Below are positions 37,820 through 49,400 of a stretch of DNA of 64,000 nucleotides, piece by piece. The stretch covers positions 1 to 64,000 of the forward strand of contig CAXXGJ010000006.1 of assembly GCA_963677895.2 (NCBI GenBank). Reading direction: 5' to 3'. This DNA comes from Treponemataceae bacterium. Lineage in GTDB: Bacteria; Spirochaetota; Spirochaetia; Treponematales; Rectinemataceae. Position 1 is the first letter of the stretch. The number at the start of each line of letters is the position of its first letter. The position numbers and the translations under genes are program-made. Below the pieces are notes generated by a model, which was given only the letters and a program-made list of their open reading frames with translations, was not told where the DNA came from and did no database searches.

Positions 37820-39634
37820 CTACATGAACACCTTGCAGCTCAGCTCCAGCACGTTCTTCCATTCGGCCTCGGGCAGGACGGCACCGCCTCTCGTGCCGTC
37901 CTCCCACCAGGTGTAGGAAAGCCCGTAGCCAGCCCCGAACTCGAGGGGGACCTTAGCCCCCAGAATCTCAGGCGCCTTGGCCGGCCTCCAGTAGACCTTG
38001 AACTTCGCGATATGGTTGTAGTCGTAGATGCCGTCGTGGAGGAAGTCCTTGTAATAATCGGAAACCCCGCCGGCGCCATAGTCCAAATGGTCTTCCACGT
38101 CGCCGTAGATCAGATGATTCGTCGTGACATAATTGGGATTATCCCCATGGCGAATGAAGCTGTACTGGAAATCGGCGCGCCAGTCGGCCGCGAGCCTGGT
38201 GTCGAGCTTGAGCAGCAGTTCGTCGGAGTTGGGTTTTAGATGATAGCCCAGGTTTTCGCCATCATTGGTATAGTTCGTGTTGACCCGCAACCGCGTATCG
38301 CTGTTCCATGTGGGTGGGTGGGTATAGACGAAAGGCTCGATCTTCGTGTACTGGGCAGTGAGCGACGCAAAGGGAAGCCAAGGAACATCGAGCTTTACCC
38401 CGCCCTGATAGGCGAACATGTTGCGCGCCTTGCTGAACCATTCATCGAAACCGGAAAGCTCCATCTCGTCGATATAGAGAGAAGCGTAGACTTTGCCTAT
38501 CCGTTTCAGGAAAACCTGTATGTCCCCGCCCAAGCTCATGTTGTCAACGTCGGACTGCGTTACCTGATACTCGACGGCGAACATCATCGGCGAAAGGTAG
38601 CCCAGCTCGAGACGCTTGGCGCCTATCATCGAGCCCGAGGCCGAAAGACTGAGCCACTCGAAGGGAAAGAGCTCCAGCCGCTGGATGGCGAACATTTTCT
38701 GTTCGGTGACCGCCGTGGGATTGCCGTCGGCGTCGGTAGCCGTCGAACGGTCGGCGCCGCCTTTCTCCCAGTTGCCCAGGGAACCGACCAAATGGGAAAT
38801 CGCGAAGATTTCCGATGGCCTGAACTGGACTTCCAACCCCATGAAGGGCCGAGCCGTGCCCGAAAGCGCGAGAGAGCCGGAGCCCACGCCCCAGTCGCGG
38901 CGGAAGCGGGAGAGGCGGAATCTGAAAGCCCCCGAAGCCGTCGCCCCGGCGATGTCGCTGCGGAGATCGAAGCTCCAGGTTGGGTAGGCTTCCTCCCCGT
39001 CGGTCGTGGGAGAGGTCGAGACTTTGTTGTGGGAGGTATCCCACTCCTTGGTGAAGGAATAGGGCATGTAGAGGTCGCGGTTCACCTTGTCGTAGGTTAT
39101 TCCGATCGTGCCCCAGAGGGAGAGCCAGGGCTCGGGATAGAGCTTCACGTAGGGCTGAACGAGGGAGTTGAGGTGCCAGAGATCGGCCACGTCGCCGGAC
39201 CATGCGCCGCCCGTCCCGCCCGTGGCGAGGTCCGCGATGCCGGCGGCATCGAAGCGCCCGGTGGCCTCGATATGGCCGCCCACCGCCGCCTTGGCGTTGG
39301 GCGCCTTCCAGAGAGCCTGCCCGATATCGCCCCGCGCGCCATCCTCGAACTCGGCGGCGATGCCCCGTATTTCGGCCCGCTCAACGGGGGAAAAAGCGTC
39401 CATATGCGCCTGGATAGTCGCGAGGAACTCGGCCACCTGCGCCCTCGTGTAGGGCTTCACCGACGAAAGCCGCGTCAGCACGCCGCGCAGCTCGGCGGTC
39501 TCGATGACGCCGTACACAGGATGCCCCAGCTCGACGGCGAGATGGGACTGGGCGCCGACGCCCGGCGCCGCCATGAAACCAAGCGCGAAGACCAGCATGG
39601 CGCCAATAATCCATCTAAACATATTTTTGGCCAT
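37820..39634 (-). CDS. Outer membrane beta-barrel, capsule assembly Wzi-like
   Basis: Signal peptide; KPYTRAQV, RRDWGVGSGSLALSGTARPF, YLSPM, DN, LGY..PNSD. Confidence 0.7.
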   Translation of the reverse strand: MAKNMFRWIIGAMLVFALGFMAAPGVGAQSHLAVELGHPVYGVIETAELRGVLTRLSSVKPYTRAQVAEFLATIQAHMDAFSPVERAEIRGIAAEFEDGARGDIGQALWKAPNAKAAVGGHIEATGRFDAAGIADLATGGTGGAWSGDVADLWHLNSLVQPYVKLYPEPWLSLWGTIGITYDKVNRDLYMPYSFTKEWDTSHNKVSTSPTTDGEEAYPTWSFDLRSDIAGATASGAFRFRLSRFRRDWGVGSGSLALSGTARPFMGLEVQFRPSEIFAISHLVGSLGNWEKGGADRSTATDADGNPTAVTEQKMFAIQRLELFPFEWLSLSASGSMIGAKRLELGYLSPMMFAVEYQVTQSDVDNMSLGGDIQVFLKRIGKVYASLYIDEMELSGFDEWFSKARNMFAYQGGVKLDVPWLPFASLTAQYTKIEPFVYTHPPTWNSDTRLRVNTNYTNDGENLGYHLKPNSDELLLKLDTRLAADWRADFQYSFIRHGDNPNYVTTNHLIYGDVEDHLDYGAGGVSDYYKDFLHDGIYDYNHIAKFKVYWRPAKAPEILGAKVPLEFGAGYGLSYTWWEDGTRGGAVLPEAEWKNVLELSCKVFM

Positions 39635-39699
39635 TGTTTTTCCTTATCAAAAAATCTCGGATGAAGTATAGCACCAATAAAAAACCTTGGCAGCACGGC

Positions 39700-39740
39700 A
39701 AAAAAAAAGCCGCCCGCGAACGCGTCGCGGGCAGCCTTTC
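39700..39740 (-). terminator. Probable intrinsic terminator
   Basis: GCCCGCGA / TCGCGGGC stem followed by a U-run on the minus strand. Confidence 0.6.
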
Positions 39741-39761
39741 CAAAAGCGAATCTATAGTTGT

Positions 39762-40394
39762 CTACATCGGCACGGCATCCTTGCCGAAAAGAGTATCGGT
39801 ACAGCCGAATAGAATATCGGCCAGATGAACCCGCAAGGCGCCGGCGCCGGGGTTATGATCCGCCCCGGCATCATTGGGCTCATCCTCGCCGCAGTCTTTC
39901 TCAAGACCGCTGAAGGTTTTGGCGGCCACGAACATGGCGCCGGGAAGGGCGAGCAGGGCTTCACGCCTGGCTTCCACGGGATTTTTCACGAAGGTAAGGC
40001 CGTGCCGCTCGCAGGAATAGTCGAAAAGAAAATCGAGCTCGGCGGGACCTTCAAGCACCAGGATGTCGAAGCCTTCCTTCGAAAGCCGAAGGACGAAGGC
40101 GTCGATCTTGTCGCGATAGAGGGAGGCGCTCCGCACCGCCCGCGTGAAGTAGGAGAGCGAACGGCGCAGCACCTCCTCCATGCCGTCGGAGGTGAGGATA
40201 TAGCGCAGGCTGCGCCCCGAAAGGTGCATCAGCTTGACCCAGCCCCGCTCGATAAAACGCTTCAGGAGGGCGTTCGTCATCCCCAGGGATAGACCTGAGG
40301 CTCCGGCGAGGTCGCGCTGCGAAGTGGTAGCGGAATCGTCCTGTTTTGAGTAGATGGTTTCAAGGAGTTGAAGCTCTGTATCGTTGGGAGTCAT
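39762..40394 (-). CDS. MarR-like EPS-associated winged-helix regulator
   Basis: SQRDLAGASGLSLGMTNALLKRF..RGWVK...YILT..G. Confidence 0.85.
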   Translation of the reverse strand: MTPNDTELQLLETIYSKQDDSATTSQRDLAGASGLSLGMTNALLKRFIERGWVKLMHLSGRSLRYILTSDGMEEVLRRSLSYFTRAVRSASLYRDKIDAFVLRLSKEGFDILVLEGPAELDFLFDYSCERHGLTFVKNPVEARREALLALPGAMFVAAKTFSGLEKDCGEDEPNDAGADHNPGAGALRVHLADILFGCTDTLFGKDAVPM

Positions 40395-41482
40395 GTTCCC
40401 TTAGGATGGAGAGAGATGGCGAAGCGAAATAAAAGGCCTAAGATCATCAAGGATATTATTTCAACGGGGAAAGAAAGATATGCGGGCAACTTACTTGCGA
40501 CAATAAATACTATTGCCAGGCAAGCTGCCGCCGCATAGAGGATACCGAGTATATTGATCAGTCTGTAACCGCTATCGAAAAAGCGATGATGAATATGAAG
40601 CCTGTCGGGAGTGGCGATGCTCACATGCGCCGCAACCCTTCGAACGATTGCGCATAACGTATCGATCGTGGGAATGGCGAGGAGGACGAAGGCCGGAAGC
40701 AGCCCTATCGTTTTCATGGTCGCGCCGCCCGATTGGCCAATGAAGGGTATGACGGAAAGCGAAAAGCCAAGGAAGAGACTCCCCGAATCGCCCATGAACA
40801 TCTTGGCCCTGGGCGCCGGAAAGTTGACGATAAGGAATCCCGCGATCGCTCCCGCGAGCATGATGCAGAGGAAACTCGCGGCCGCATCGCCGGCAAGGTA
40901 GTAAAATGCCGCGTAGGCGATCGACGCGATAAAGGATAGCCCGCCGGCGAGACCGTCCAATCCATCGATGAGATTGATCGCGTTGGTTACTCCAACGATC
41001 CACAGGACGCTGATGATGGAGGAGAACCACCCAAGGCTGCCCGCAAGCGCGTCGGGAGCGTAGCCGAAACCCTGGAAGCGATACCCACCGCCTGCCACGA
41101 CGACGAGCGCGGCGCTAATCTGAAATATAAGCTTGGTTCTCGCCTTCACGCCTTTTACGTCATCGACGAGTCCGATAGCGTGGACAAGCGCCGCGCCAAT
41201 TATAAAGGGCGTGAGGCTCGCGACTCGCCCGGAAAACTGACGGTAAAGTTCCACCTCGGCGATCAAGGGATAGGCTATCGCCGCGATGAAGAAAGCCCAG
41301 AACATGCCTACGCCGCCAAGGCGCGGGATTTGGCCGGTGTGGATCTTTCGTTTCCCCAGGCTGTCATAAAGTTCGTTCCTGGCGGCAAAATCCATTATAA
41401 AGGGCATAGCGCTCGCGGAAAGAGCCGTCGAAAGGATTATAGTTGTCCACTGCACAGTTTTCCTCTTTTTTAGCTCAGCCAA
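40391..41482 (-). CDS. WecA/TagO-like undecaprenyl-phosphate sugar-1-phosphate transferase
   Basis: RKIH..PRLGG, GLVDD, NAINLIDGLDGL, FMGDSGS, DRLHIHH. Confidence 0.9.
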   Translation of the reverse strand: MAELKKRKTVQWTTIILSTALSASAMPFIMDFAARNELYDSLGKRKIHTGQIPRLGGVGMFWAFFIAAIAYPLIAEVELYRQFSGRVASLTPFIIGAALVHAIGLVDDVKGVKARTKLIFQISAALVVVAGGGYRFQGFGYAPDALAGSLGWFSSIISVLWIVGVTNAINLIDGLDGLAGGLSFIASIAYAAFYYLAGDAAASFLCIMLAGAIAGFLIVNFPAPRAKMFMGDSGSLFLGFSLSVIPFIGQSGGATMKTIGLLPAFVLLAIPTIDTLCAIVRRVAAHVSIATPDRLHIHHRFFDSGYRLINILGILYAAAACLAIVFIVASKLPAYLSFPVEIISLMILGLLFRFAISLHPKGT

Positions 41483-42020
41483 CCTGAGCGTCGGGAAGGA
41501 GGCAATGGAAGAAGGAATTAGGAATTTGAAAGCTTTTTGTGGTGCCGCGGCGAGAGTATAGCGTTAAAGTCACGATATCGCCTTCGGCAAGGCAAGCGGC
41601 GTATTTCCCCAGATCGTCGAGCCCCAGCAGGAAGGTCACGGTAGCCTCGGAGCTGCCGTTATCCAGGTTCCTGATTTTCGTCATCCCGATCATGCTCAGA
41701 CGACAATCGGAGGGGAAAAGCCATTCCAGTTCGCCGGAGAGCGAAAAATCGCCATCGCTGACGATGGTCACCATCAATGCCTTGAGATTGAAGGATTCGG
41801 ACAGGCTGGCGCTTAGCATGACCTTGGAAATATCGCTGGCCGATACCGCGAAATCGTCCCTGACGGAGAGAAGTGGGGGATCCCTGTCGAGTTTCTCGAA
41901 AAATATGCTATGGAGGGTCTTGTCTACCAGAACTTCCGCGATGGCCGCTTTCTGGGCGAAACAAATAGATCCAAGGCAAAAAAATAGGATGAAGGCGCAA
42001 AAGGCGACATTTTTTCTCAT
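41475..42020 (-). CDS. Exported hypothetical protein
   Basis: Signal peptide; overlaps the start of the WecA-like gene. Confidence 0.55.
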   Translation of the reverse strand: MRKNVAFCAFILFFCLGSICFAQKAAIAEVLVDKTLHSIFFEKLDRDPPLLSVRDDFAVSASDISKVMLSASLSESFNLKALMVTIVSDGDFSLSGELEWLFPSDCRLSMIGMTKIRNLDNGSSEATVTFLLGLDDLGKYAACLAEGDIVTLTLYSRRGTTKSFQIPNSFFHCLLPDAQVG

Positions 42021-42153
42021 ACGTTTTAAGAATAAAGATTTTCAAACTTTTTTAATTATTGAACATCTAAACTGTTTTTATATATGAATAATCTTATCCC
42101 TTTCCTCCCGTGGAAATAACTTTAAATCCAGTTTCCATAAACCGTCAAGCTAA

Positions 42154-43389
42154 TTATCTCTTGTTCATTATTTTTCGCCGTTTCTTCTCTCCCGAGAACT
42201 TTGCCCTGACTTCGGGATCGGAAAGGAGCTTGCCGAAGGCGTCGAGCACGAAGGCGAGGAGAACGGAGAGGAATCCGCCGGCCATGGTGCCGACCACGCA
42301 GATCATTGCCCTGGAGGGTTCGCTCTTCTTTTCGGGCGGGATAGCCCTGTCTATAACCTCGACGAAGACTTTTTCGGTGGCGTCCTGCAGCTTCATGCTT
42401 TCGAGGCTGGAAAGAAGGGTGCCATAGACTTTCGTGGCGAGCTCCAGTTCGGCGGTGAGATTCGCGTACTCCATGAGGGCGGCCGGCGTTTCGCTCATCG
42501 AGGGTCCCACCCCGCCGCCAGTTTTCTCGAAATCGGCCATTTGTTTCTTGATTTCGTCGAGCTGCGTCTTGGCGGAAACCACCTTGGGGTTGTCCGACGA
42601 GAGGGCGCTCTCGAGACGGGAAATCTCAATTTCCAAGGTCATCTTTCGCTGAATCAGCGCTTGATAGAGCTGCAAGCCGCTCGTGCTCTGGGCCTGAGGC
42701 TGGACGAATTTGTTTTTCTTCTGGTAGGCAGTGAGCTTGTTCTGGGCCGCGCGGACTTTCTGCTCCTGCTCGGTAGCCTGCTGCTCGAGGAGGATAATGT
42801 TTTTTCCGCTCGAAGAAAGCACCCTGTCCGCAAGATCCTTTTGGATCATGTCCAGGGCGCCGTTCGCTATGGCGCTGGAGAGCGTGGCACTCTTGGTCTT
42901 AACAATGATCTTCATCACGCCGGTTTTAGCGTCGGTAGATACCGACAGGACATCTTTCCGCAAAGATTCCACCGCGGCTCCCATCGGCGTGCCCTTTTTG
43001 ATTTTTTCCGGATGCTCAATGAGGACGGGAATGAGATTGAGCTCGGCAACAAGGTTTTCGGTGAAGCTACGGCTCTTGAGAATAGCCTCTATCTTTATGG
43101 CAGGATCATTGGAACTTCCGCCAGGCACGCTCACCCCCGCCATCGCGGCAAGGCCCGCATACTGGGAGAGCAGGGATGAGGAGGATCCCGATATCGGCAG
43201 CACCGTGGCGGAGGCTGTAAACATATTGGGCTGCAGGAGGGCGTAGACCACCGACAGAACCGCCGCCGCCGCCGTGACGGCCACGATGAGCAGCTTGCGC
43301 CGCCACAGCGTGGCGGCGAGATCCACGAGACTGATCTCGTCGTCGCTCCCGGTGGCCGGTGCCTTATTTTCCATTTCGTTGTCGGACAT
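42154..43389 (-). CDS. Polysaccharide co-polymerase (Wzz/Wzc N-domain-like, no kinase)
   Basis: DEISLVDL, two TMs, coiled coil, VIDRAIPPEKKSEP. Confidence 0.88.
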   Translation of the reverse strand: MSDNEMENKAPATGSDDEISLVDLAATLWRRKLLIVAVTAAAAVLSVVYALLQPNMFTASATVLPISGSSSSLLSQYAGLAAMAGVSVPGGSSNDPAIKIEAILKSRSFTENLVAELNLIPVLIEHPEKIKKGTPMGAAVESLRKDVLSVSTDAKTGVMKIIVKTKSATLSSAIANGALDMIQKDLADRVLSSSGKNIILLEQQATEQEQKVRAAQNKLTAYQKKNKFVQPQAQSTSGLQLYQALIQRKMTLEIEISRLESALSSDNPKVVSAKTQLDEIKKQMADFEKTGGGVGPSMSETPAALMEYANLTAELELATKVYGTLLSSLESMKLQDATEKVFVEVIDRAIPPEKKSEPSRAMICVVGTMAGGFLSVLLAFVLDAFGKLLSDPEVRAKFSGEKKRRKIMNKR

Positions 43390-43402
43390 AGAAGCTCCTC
43401 GC

Positions 43403-46400
43403 TCAGAGACCCAGGAGGGAAACAGTGCTCATGACGGTGTACATGATCTTATACCCCGAGTCGATAATATCCTTGAAGAAACCCCAGCCCACGTTGATCT
43501 TGGAGGACTTCGCCACGACAACGACCGTATCGCCCGGGTAGAGCTCAAACTTGAGGATGCTCGGCCTGAAGAAGAGGAAACCCTTGCCCTCGGTGCTGTC
43601 CAGCTTGCCCGACGCGCGCATTATATAGGTTTTCTGGAGATCCGCGTTGTTCGAAAGCCAACCGGATTCGGCGATGGCCTGGCGAACCGTCAGCCCATCC
43701 CTGAAAGCCACGACATTCTGGTCCGATACTTCACCCGACACAAGAACATAGGTAGGAGTAGTCGGCACGAAGATGAGATCGTCGCGCTCCAAGACGACGT
43801 TGGAGGAGGAGCGGGCAAGCTCCTCGATAGAGGGAGGAATATCGATGGAAATCCTGCCGAAGCCGTCTTTGTACATTTGCTTGAGACTGCCCAACCTGGC
43901 CCGCTGCACGGCGAGGTCAATCTGAAGGTTGGCCACGACGGCGGCGGCGGAGCTAAGAGCGGTATCGGTCGAATTAGGCAGGGCATTTCCCGCTCCCGTG
44001 ACGGCTTCAAGCTGGGAAATGATGCGGTCCACCTGCTTCTTCTGGTTTTCCGCGGCGGTTCGTCGTATGAGGATGATGCCCTTGGGATAAGCCCGGGGGT
44101 CATAGCCGCCGGCGGACTGGAGGGCGTCGGCAAGCCTCATGCCGCTGACGAACTCGATGGACTGAGGCGCCTGGACGGCTCCCCGCACCGTCACTATCGG
44201 CAGATTCTCCTCCGGAAGAAGCTGCTTGAAGGAAATGGCGTCCCCGGGCTGGAGCACCAGCTGGGTGGCGGACTGACGCTTGAGATATTCCTCAAGATAG
44301 ATATTCAGGGTTTCGCCGTTCGTTCTGGTGACAACGGCCTTGAGCGAAGATAAATCTATCTTCAGCTTCACCGAGCGGAGAACCTGGGAAAATTCCATAT
44401 TGTCATAGTAGGGAATAACCTTAGGCTCCTGGACTTCACCCGAAGCAGTCACGGGAAGCTTATTGTATTTGGGATAGAAGATGACGTTGTCGCGGGGCTG
44501 GAGTTCGACATCGGTCCGACCCTGGACAATATTGGATGGGGAGAAACTCAGAATGGTCTCGGAATCCATGCTGCGACGCCGGACTTCGGCGTAGGACGTA
44601 TCGGTCTCGATGAGAAGATCATCCTCTGCCAGGATATGGGAGAGCCGCAAGCCCTCGTACCAGGCATAGCGGCCGGGATATCGCGTGGTGCCCTTTATGA
44701 GCACCGTGTCGGGATTGCGGGAAAAATCGTAGGTCTGGGTTCTTTCGTCGGCCGGAATAAGCCTTATGATGTCACGAGGGAATATTCTTTCATCCTGCAA
44801 ACCCACAAGGACGGCGTAAGGACTGAAGGTTTTGTACTCTATCCGCCCTCCCATGATCCAGCGTTCGATTTCCGCGAAATAAAGATAGGTTGTGCTGATG
44901 ACCTGTTCCGGCGTGATGATCTCGGAAAGAAGCTTGGGCGAGTCGGTCGAATAGAGACCGGTACGTCGGGCTGATCCCACCACGGCGTAGGCATTGCCGA
45001 AGTGATCGAAGTCGGGTTTTTCAGGAAGATAGCCGACATTGACGAAGCGAATCCAATCCTGTGCCCTGAGATCCATATCCACCTTACCGGCGAGCACCTC
45101 GCGCGGCGAGAAACTCTTGAATTCCCAGCCTCCGTCGGGCTTTCTCCGGGTGAGCTCAGCATAATCGAGATTGGTTTCCTGGAGTATCTGCTCGGAAGTG
45201 ACCACGGAGGAGAGTTTGAGCGTTGGGGTACGGGCGTAGGGACCGACATAGCGAATAACCCCGGTTACATTGACGATTTCAAGGAAGAATCCGACATCGG
45301 GGGATATATCGGATGAGCTTGGCGCGGAAGGCTCTCCCCCCATGGGAGGCGCCGCAGGCAACGTCGCGGACGATGGCGATGCCGCAGCCGGTTGAGCCTC
45401 GACCGATGCCTCCGGTATCTTCCCGTTCTGCGTTCCGTTGCGGACGGGACCCAAGGTCTGGCTTTGAACGGGCGGAGAGAGGGTCGAATAGTATTGGATG
45501 ATATCTCTGGGCTGCAGTTCGATATCGAAAACACCGGATCCCACTTCCCTAGGGGCGAAGGTAATCGTTTGCTTTTTGCCGCCCTTGAGAGGCCTGACTA
45601 TTTCGGCATAGACCTGATTCATGATCAGAAGGGGCTTTACCATGGCCTGAACGGACGAAAGCTTCATGCTTTTCTTCCAGGCGAAGATGCCGGAGAACTG
45701 GGCGGGTCCCGTAACCAGGATGGCTTCGGGATAACGATCGAAGTCGGGCATTTCGGGTCTGTAATTGACCGTCACGAGCCTAATCTGATCTCGGGGACCA
45801 AGAGCAAGGTCCCATTCACCGCTTATCACCTCTCCGGGCCTGAAGGTCAGGTACTCATTCTTCCCGTCGGCTTTGAGCCTCATTATCTCGGCGTAGTTGA
45901 GGTTCGTGTCCAGCAGCATCTGATCCTTCGTCAATAGCGCAGACAACTTCATGCCGGGGCGTAGCGCGAATACCTCGGGCCGCGCCACCTGGCCTATGAG
46001 CTGGACCAGATCGGCGAACATCTCGATATTCGCGGCGGCAAGCGTTCCACCGAACGTGGTCTTCTTTACGAGTCGGATGGAATCCTTGGCGCGAAGCGCG
46101 AGGTCGAACTTCCTCTCCAGCACGTCCTTAGGAGCGAAGGTGCGGTATTCATGGCTGCCATCATCCCTGAGCCTCGTCAGTTCGGCGTAGTCCAGGTTCG
46201 TCTCTTCCAGCATCTGGTCGGCGGTGATCACCGAGGAAATCATCAGGGTAGGAGTCCGAGCCCAGGGACCGCTGTAGCGAACCGCGCCGGAGACCGTCAC
46301 CACTTCGAGGAAACGGCCCAGGTCGGCGGGGACTTCGGCGGAAGGCGTTTCAGCAGGAACCACAGCGGCCTCCGCTACCACGGGTGTCGCGGCCATAGAC

Positions 46401-49400
46401 GCCGCGGGCGGCGTTTCAGCGCCCTGCTTTACGAGGGCCGTGGGAACCGTCGTATAGAGACGAACGGAGTCCCTGGCTTTCAGTGAAAGGTCGAAGATCC
46501 CGGAGGCCACCTCCTTCGGGGAGAAGGTGAGATATTCGAATGTGTCGCCACCCAAGGGGCGTACAACTTCTGCATATACCTGATTGATCACGAGCGACGG
46601 CTTGGCTTTCGCGAGCAGGCTTGAAAGCCTCATGTCCTCGCGCCAGGCATAAAGGCCCGCGAACTGGGCCGGGCCGCTCAACTGAACGGCGTTGACAAAG
46701 CGGTCCAGGTCTTGTACCGCGGGGGCATAACCCACTTTAACAAGTTTGATCACGTCGCGCGGACCAAGGTCGAAATCCCAGGAACCGTCGAGAACCTCGG
46801 AAGGTCTGAAGGTTATGTACTCGTTCTTTCCATCGGTCTTGAGCCGTGTTATCTCGGCGTAGTTGAGGTTCGTGTCGAGAAGAATCTGGTCTCTCGTGAG
46901 CACATTGGATAGCTTCATATCCGGGCGAAGCGCGAACAATTCGGGACGGGCCGCCGCGCCGATCAACTGCACCAGGGCGGAAAACTTGTCCAAATTGGGT
47001 TGCGCTATGAGGCCGCCGAACGCGGTTTTTTTATAGAAGCCGATCGAGTCCCTGGCGCGGAGCGCGAGATCGAAGGTTCCTTCCACAACGTCGCGCGGCG
47101 CGAAGGTGATATACTCGTAATTTCCATCTTGTTTCAGGCGAGTAAGCTCGGCATACTCGAGATTCGTCTCCTCCAACAGCTGTTCCGACGTGACGATCGA
47201 GGACAAGTTCAACTGGGGCGTCCGCGCGTAGGGACCTGTGTAGCGAATAGAACCCGCGACCTGGACAACTTCGAGGGGGCGCGTCAGATCGATGCCAGTC
47301 GTCCCTTCGCCCGCTTCGGGGGCTTCAGGAGTCGGGAATGCGGGCACGCCATCGGCCAATGCCTCGACGGACAACAATCCCGAACTTCCCTCCGGAGCGA
47401 CTTTTTCGCCTTCCTTCGCTCCCGGTTTCGAAGCCAGGGCAGGGGCCGAAGTGAAGAGTTTGATCACATCTTTGGGCTTCAGTTCGACATCGAAGGCGCC
47501 GGAAGCGATTTCCCTCGGCGCGAAGGTGACATATTCGAAGCGGCCACCGCCCAGGGGACGGGCAACCTCGGCGTAGTAACGGTTCGTGTCCATACGCAGC
47601 GCGGCCAAGGACAGTATGGAGGAGAGCGTCGTGCCTTCCCTCCACGCGTACAAACCTCCGAAACGGACGGCGCCCTGAACCTGCACGGCATTGGCGTAGC
47701 GGTCGAAATCGGGCGTCGCGAGATTGTATCCCACCTTGAAGAAACGCACTACATCGCGAGGTCCCAGATCGAAATCCCAGTCGCCGGAGAGCAACTCTCC
47801 CGGCCTGAAGGTGAAGTACTCATCCTTGCCGTCGGCTTTGTAACGCTGTATCTCTGCGTAATTCCGGTTGGTGTCCAGAAGAAGTTGGTCTTCTGAAAGC
47901 AGTGCGGAGAGTTTCATGCCCGGGAGAAGGGCATAGACTTCCGGCCTCGCGATTTGACCCGTCAATTGCACCACATCGGAAAATTTCTGCACATTGGTGG
48001 GGCTGAGCTTGCCGCCGAAAAGGGTCTTTTTGGCGAATCTGATGGCATCGCGGGCCTTAAGCTCCAGATCATAGGTATGTGTCAAGACTTCACGCGGGGA
48101 AAAGGTGAAGAATTCATAGCTGCCGTCTTCCCGAAGACGGGTCAATTCGGCGTAGTCGAGGTTGGTTTCCTCGAGGATTTGGTCCGGGGCAATGATGGAA
48201 GAGAGTTTCAGCGACGGCGTTCTGGCGTAAGGCCCAATATAACGGACCGAGCCGGTTACGGTCACCACTTCCAGGAAGCGCTCCAAGTCGGCGCCCTGGA
48301 TGGCCTCTCCCTCGGATTGGGCGTTCTGAACGGACTGGATCACCACATCGGCCGATCCCGAAAGGTCGGGAGCGTTGTCGGCTCCCTGGTCGGCGGGGGA
48401 AGCCTGCGCCGACAGGGTCGCGCTATCGGCTGCCTTATTCTTTTCGTCGCTTCCCTCTTCGGCCGAAAGCTTTACACCCAAGGCCGCGATTGGCGGAGCC
48501 GTGGAGAAAAGCCGTACGGAATCTTTAGCCTTGAGTTCGACATCAAAGATAACGGACTCCACTTCGCGGGGGGCGAAGGTCTTGTACTCATAGCGGCCAC
48601 CGTCCAGGGGGCGCACTATTTCGGCGTAGTAGCGGTTGGCGGAGAGGCGAAGGAGGGCGCGGGAAAAAAGCGAAGAAAGCTTCATTCCCTCGCGCCAGGC
48701 GTAGAGTCCGGAAAACTGCACAGGCCCGGTTATCTGCACGGCTTTCGAGAAGCGGTCGAAGTCGGGCGCGGCGGGGCTGAATCCCACCTTGACGAGCTTA
48801 ATCACGTCGCGGGGGCCAAGCTCAAAATCGCGCGAACCGGAGAGGATTTCCTCCGGCGTGAAGGTGAAGTATTCGTTCTTGCCATCGACGGCAAGACGTA
48901 TAATTTCGGCATAGTTGAGATTGGTATCCAGAAGGATCTGGTCCCGGGTGAGGATTTCCGAAAGCTTCATCCCCGGATGAAGCGCGTAGACTTCGGGAAG
49001 GAGAATCTGCCCGCTCAGGAGCACGGCCTGGGGAAAGCGGTTGAAATTGTGCAGCTTCGCTTCGGTCCCGCGCTTCGCGAAACGGATTCTATCCAGCGGG
49101 GAGAGCGTGAAGTCGGTTTCTCCCGAAAGCACCACGTCGGGGGAAAAGGTGAAGTACTCCTCGGCGCCCGAGGCAGTCTTGCGGGCAATTTCGGCATACC
49201 AGCGGTTGGCATCCAAGGTGAGGGCATTGTCGGCCATGAGTTTAGAGAGAGTTATGCCATCCCTATAGAGGTAAAACCCGGGATACTTCACGGGACCTGA
49301 CACCACCAAGGTGGCGGGGAAGCGGTCGAAATCGGGATCGATCTTCGTGTCGTCGTAACGATAGAGGACGACGCGGTCGAACTCGGCAAGGGGTATATCC

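Noticed and set aside
45000..49030. Repeats in the giant gene as a CRISPR array or DGR template/variable pair
   Set aside because: In-frame diverged protein repeats; no cas or reverse transcriptase gene; no adenine-specific pattern noticed
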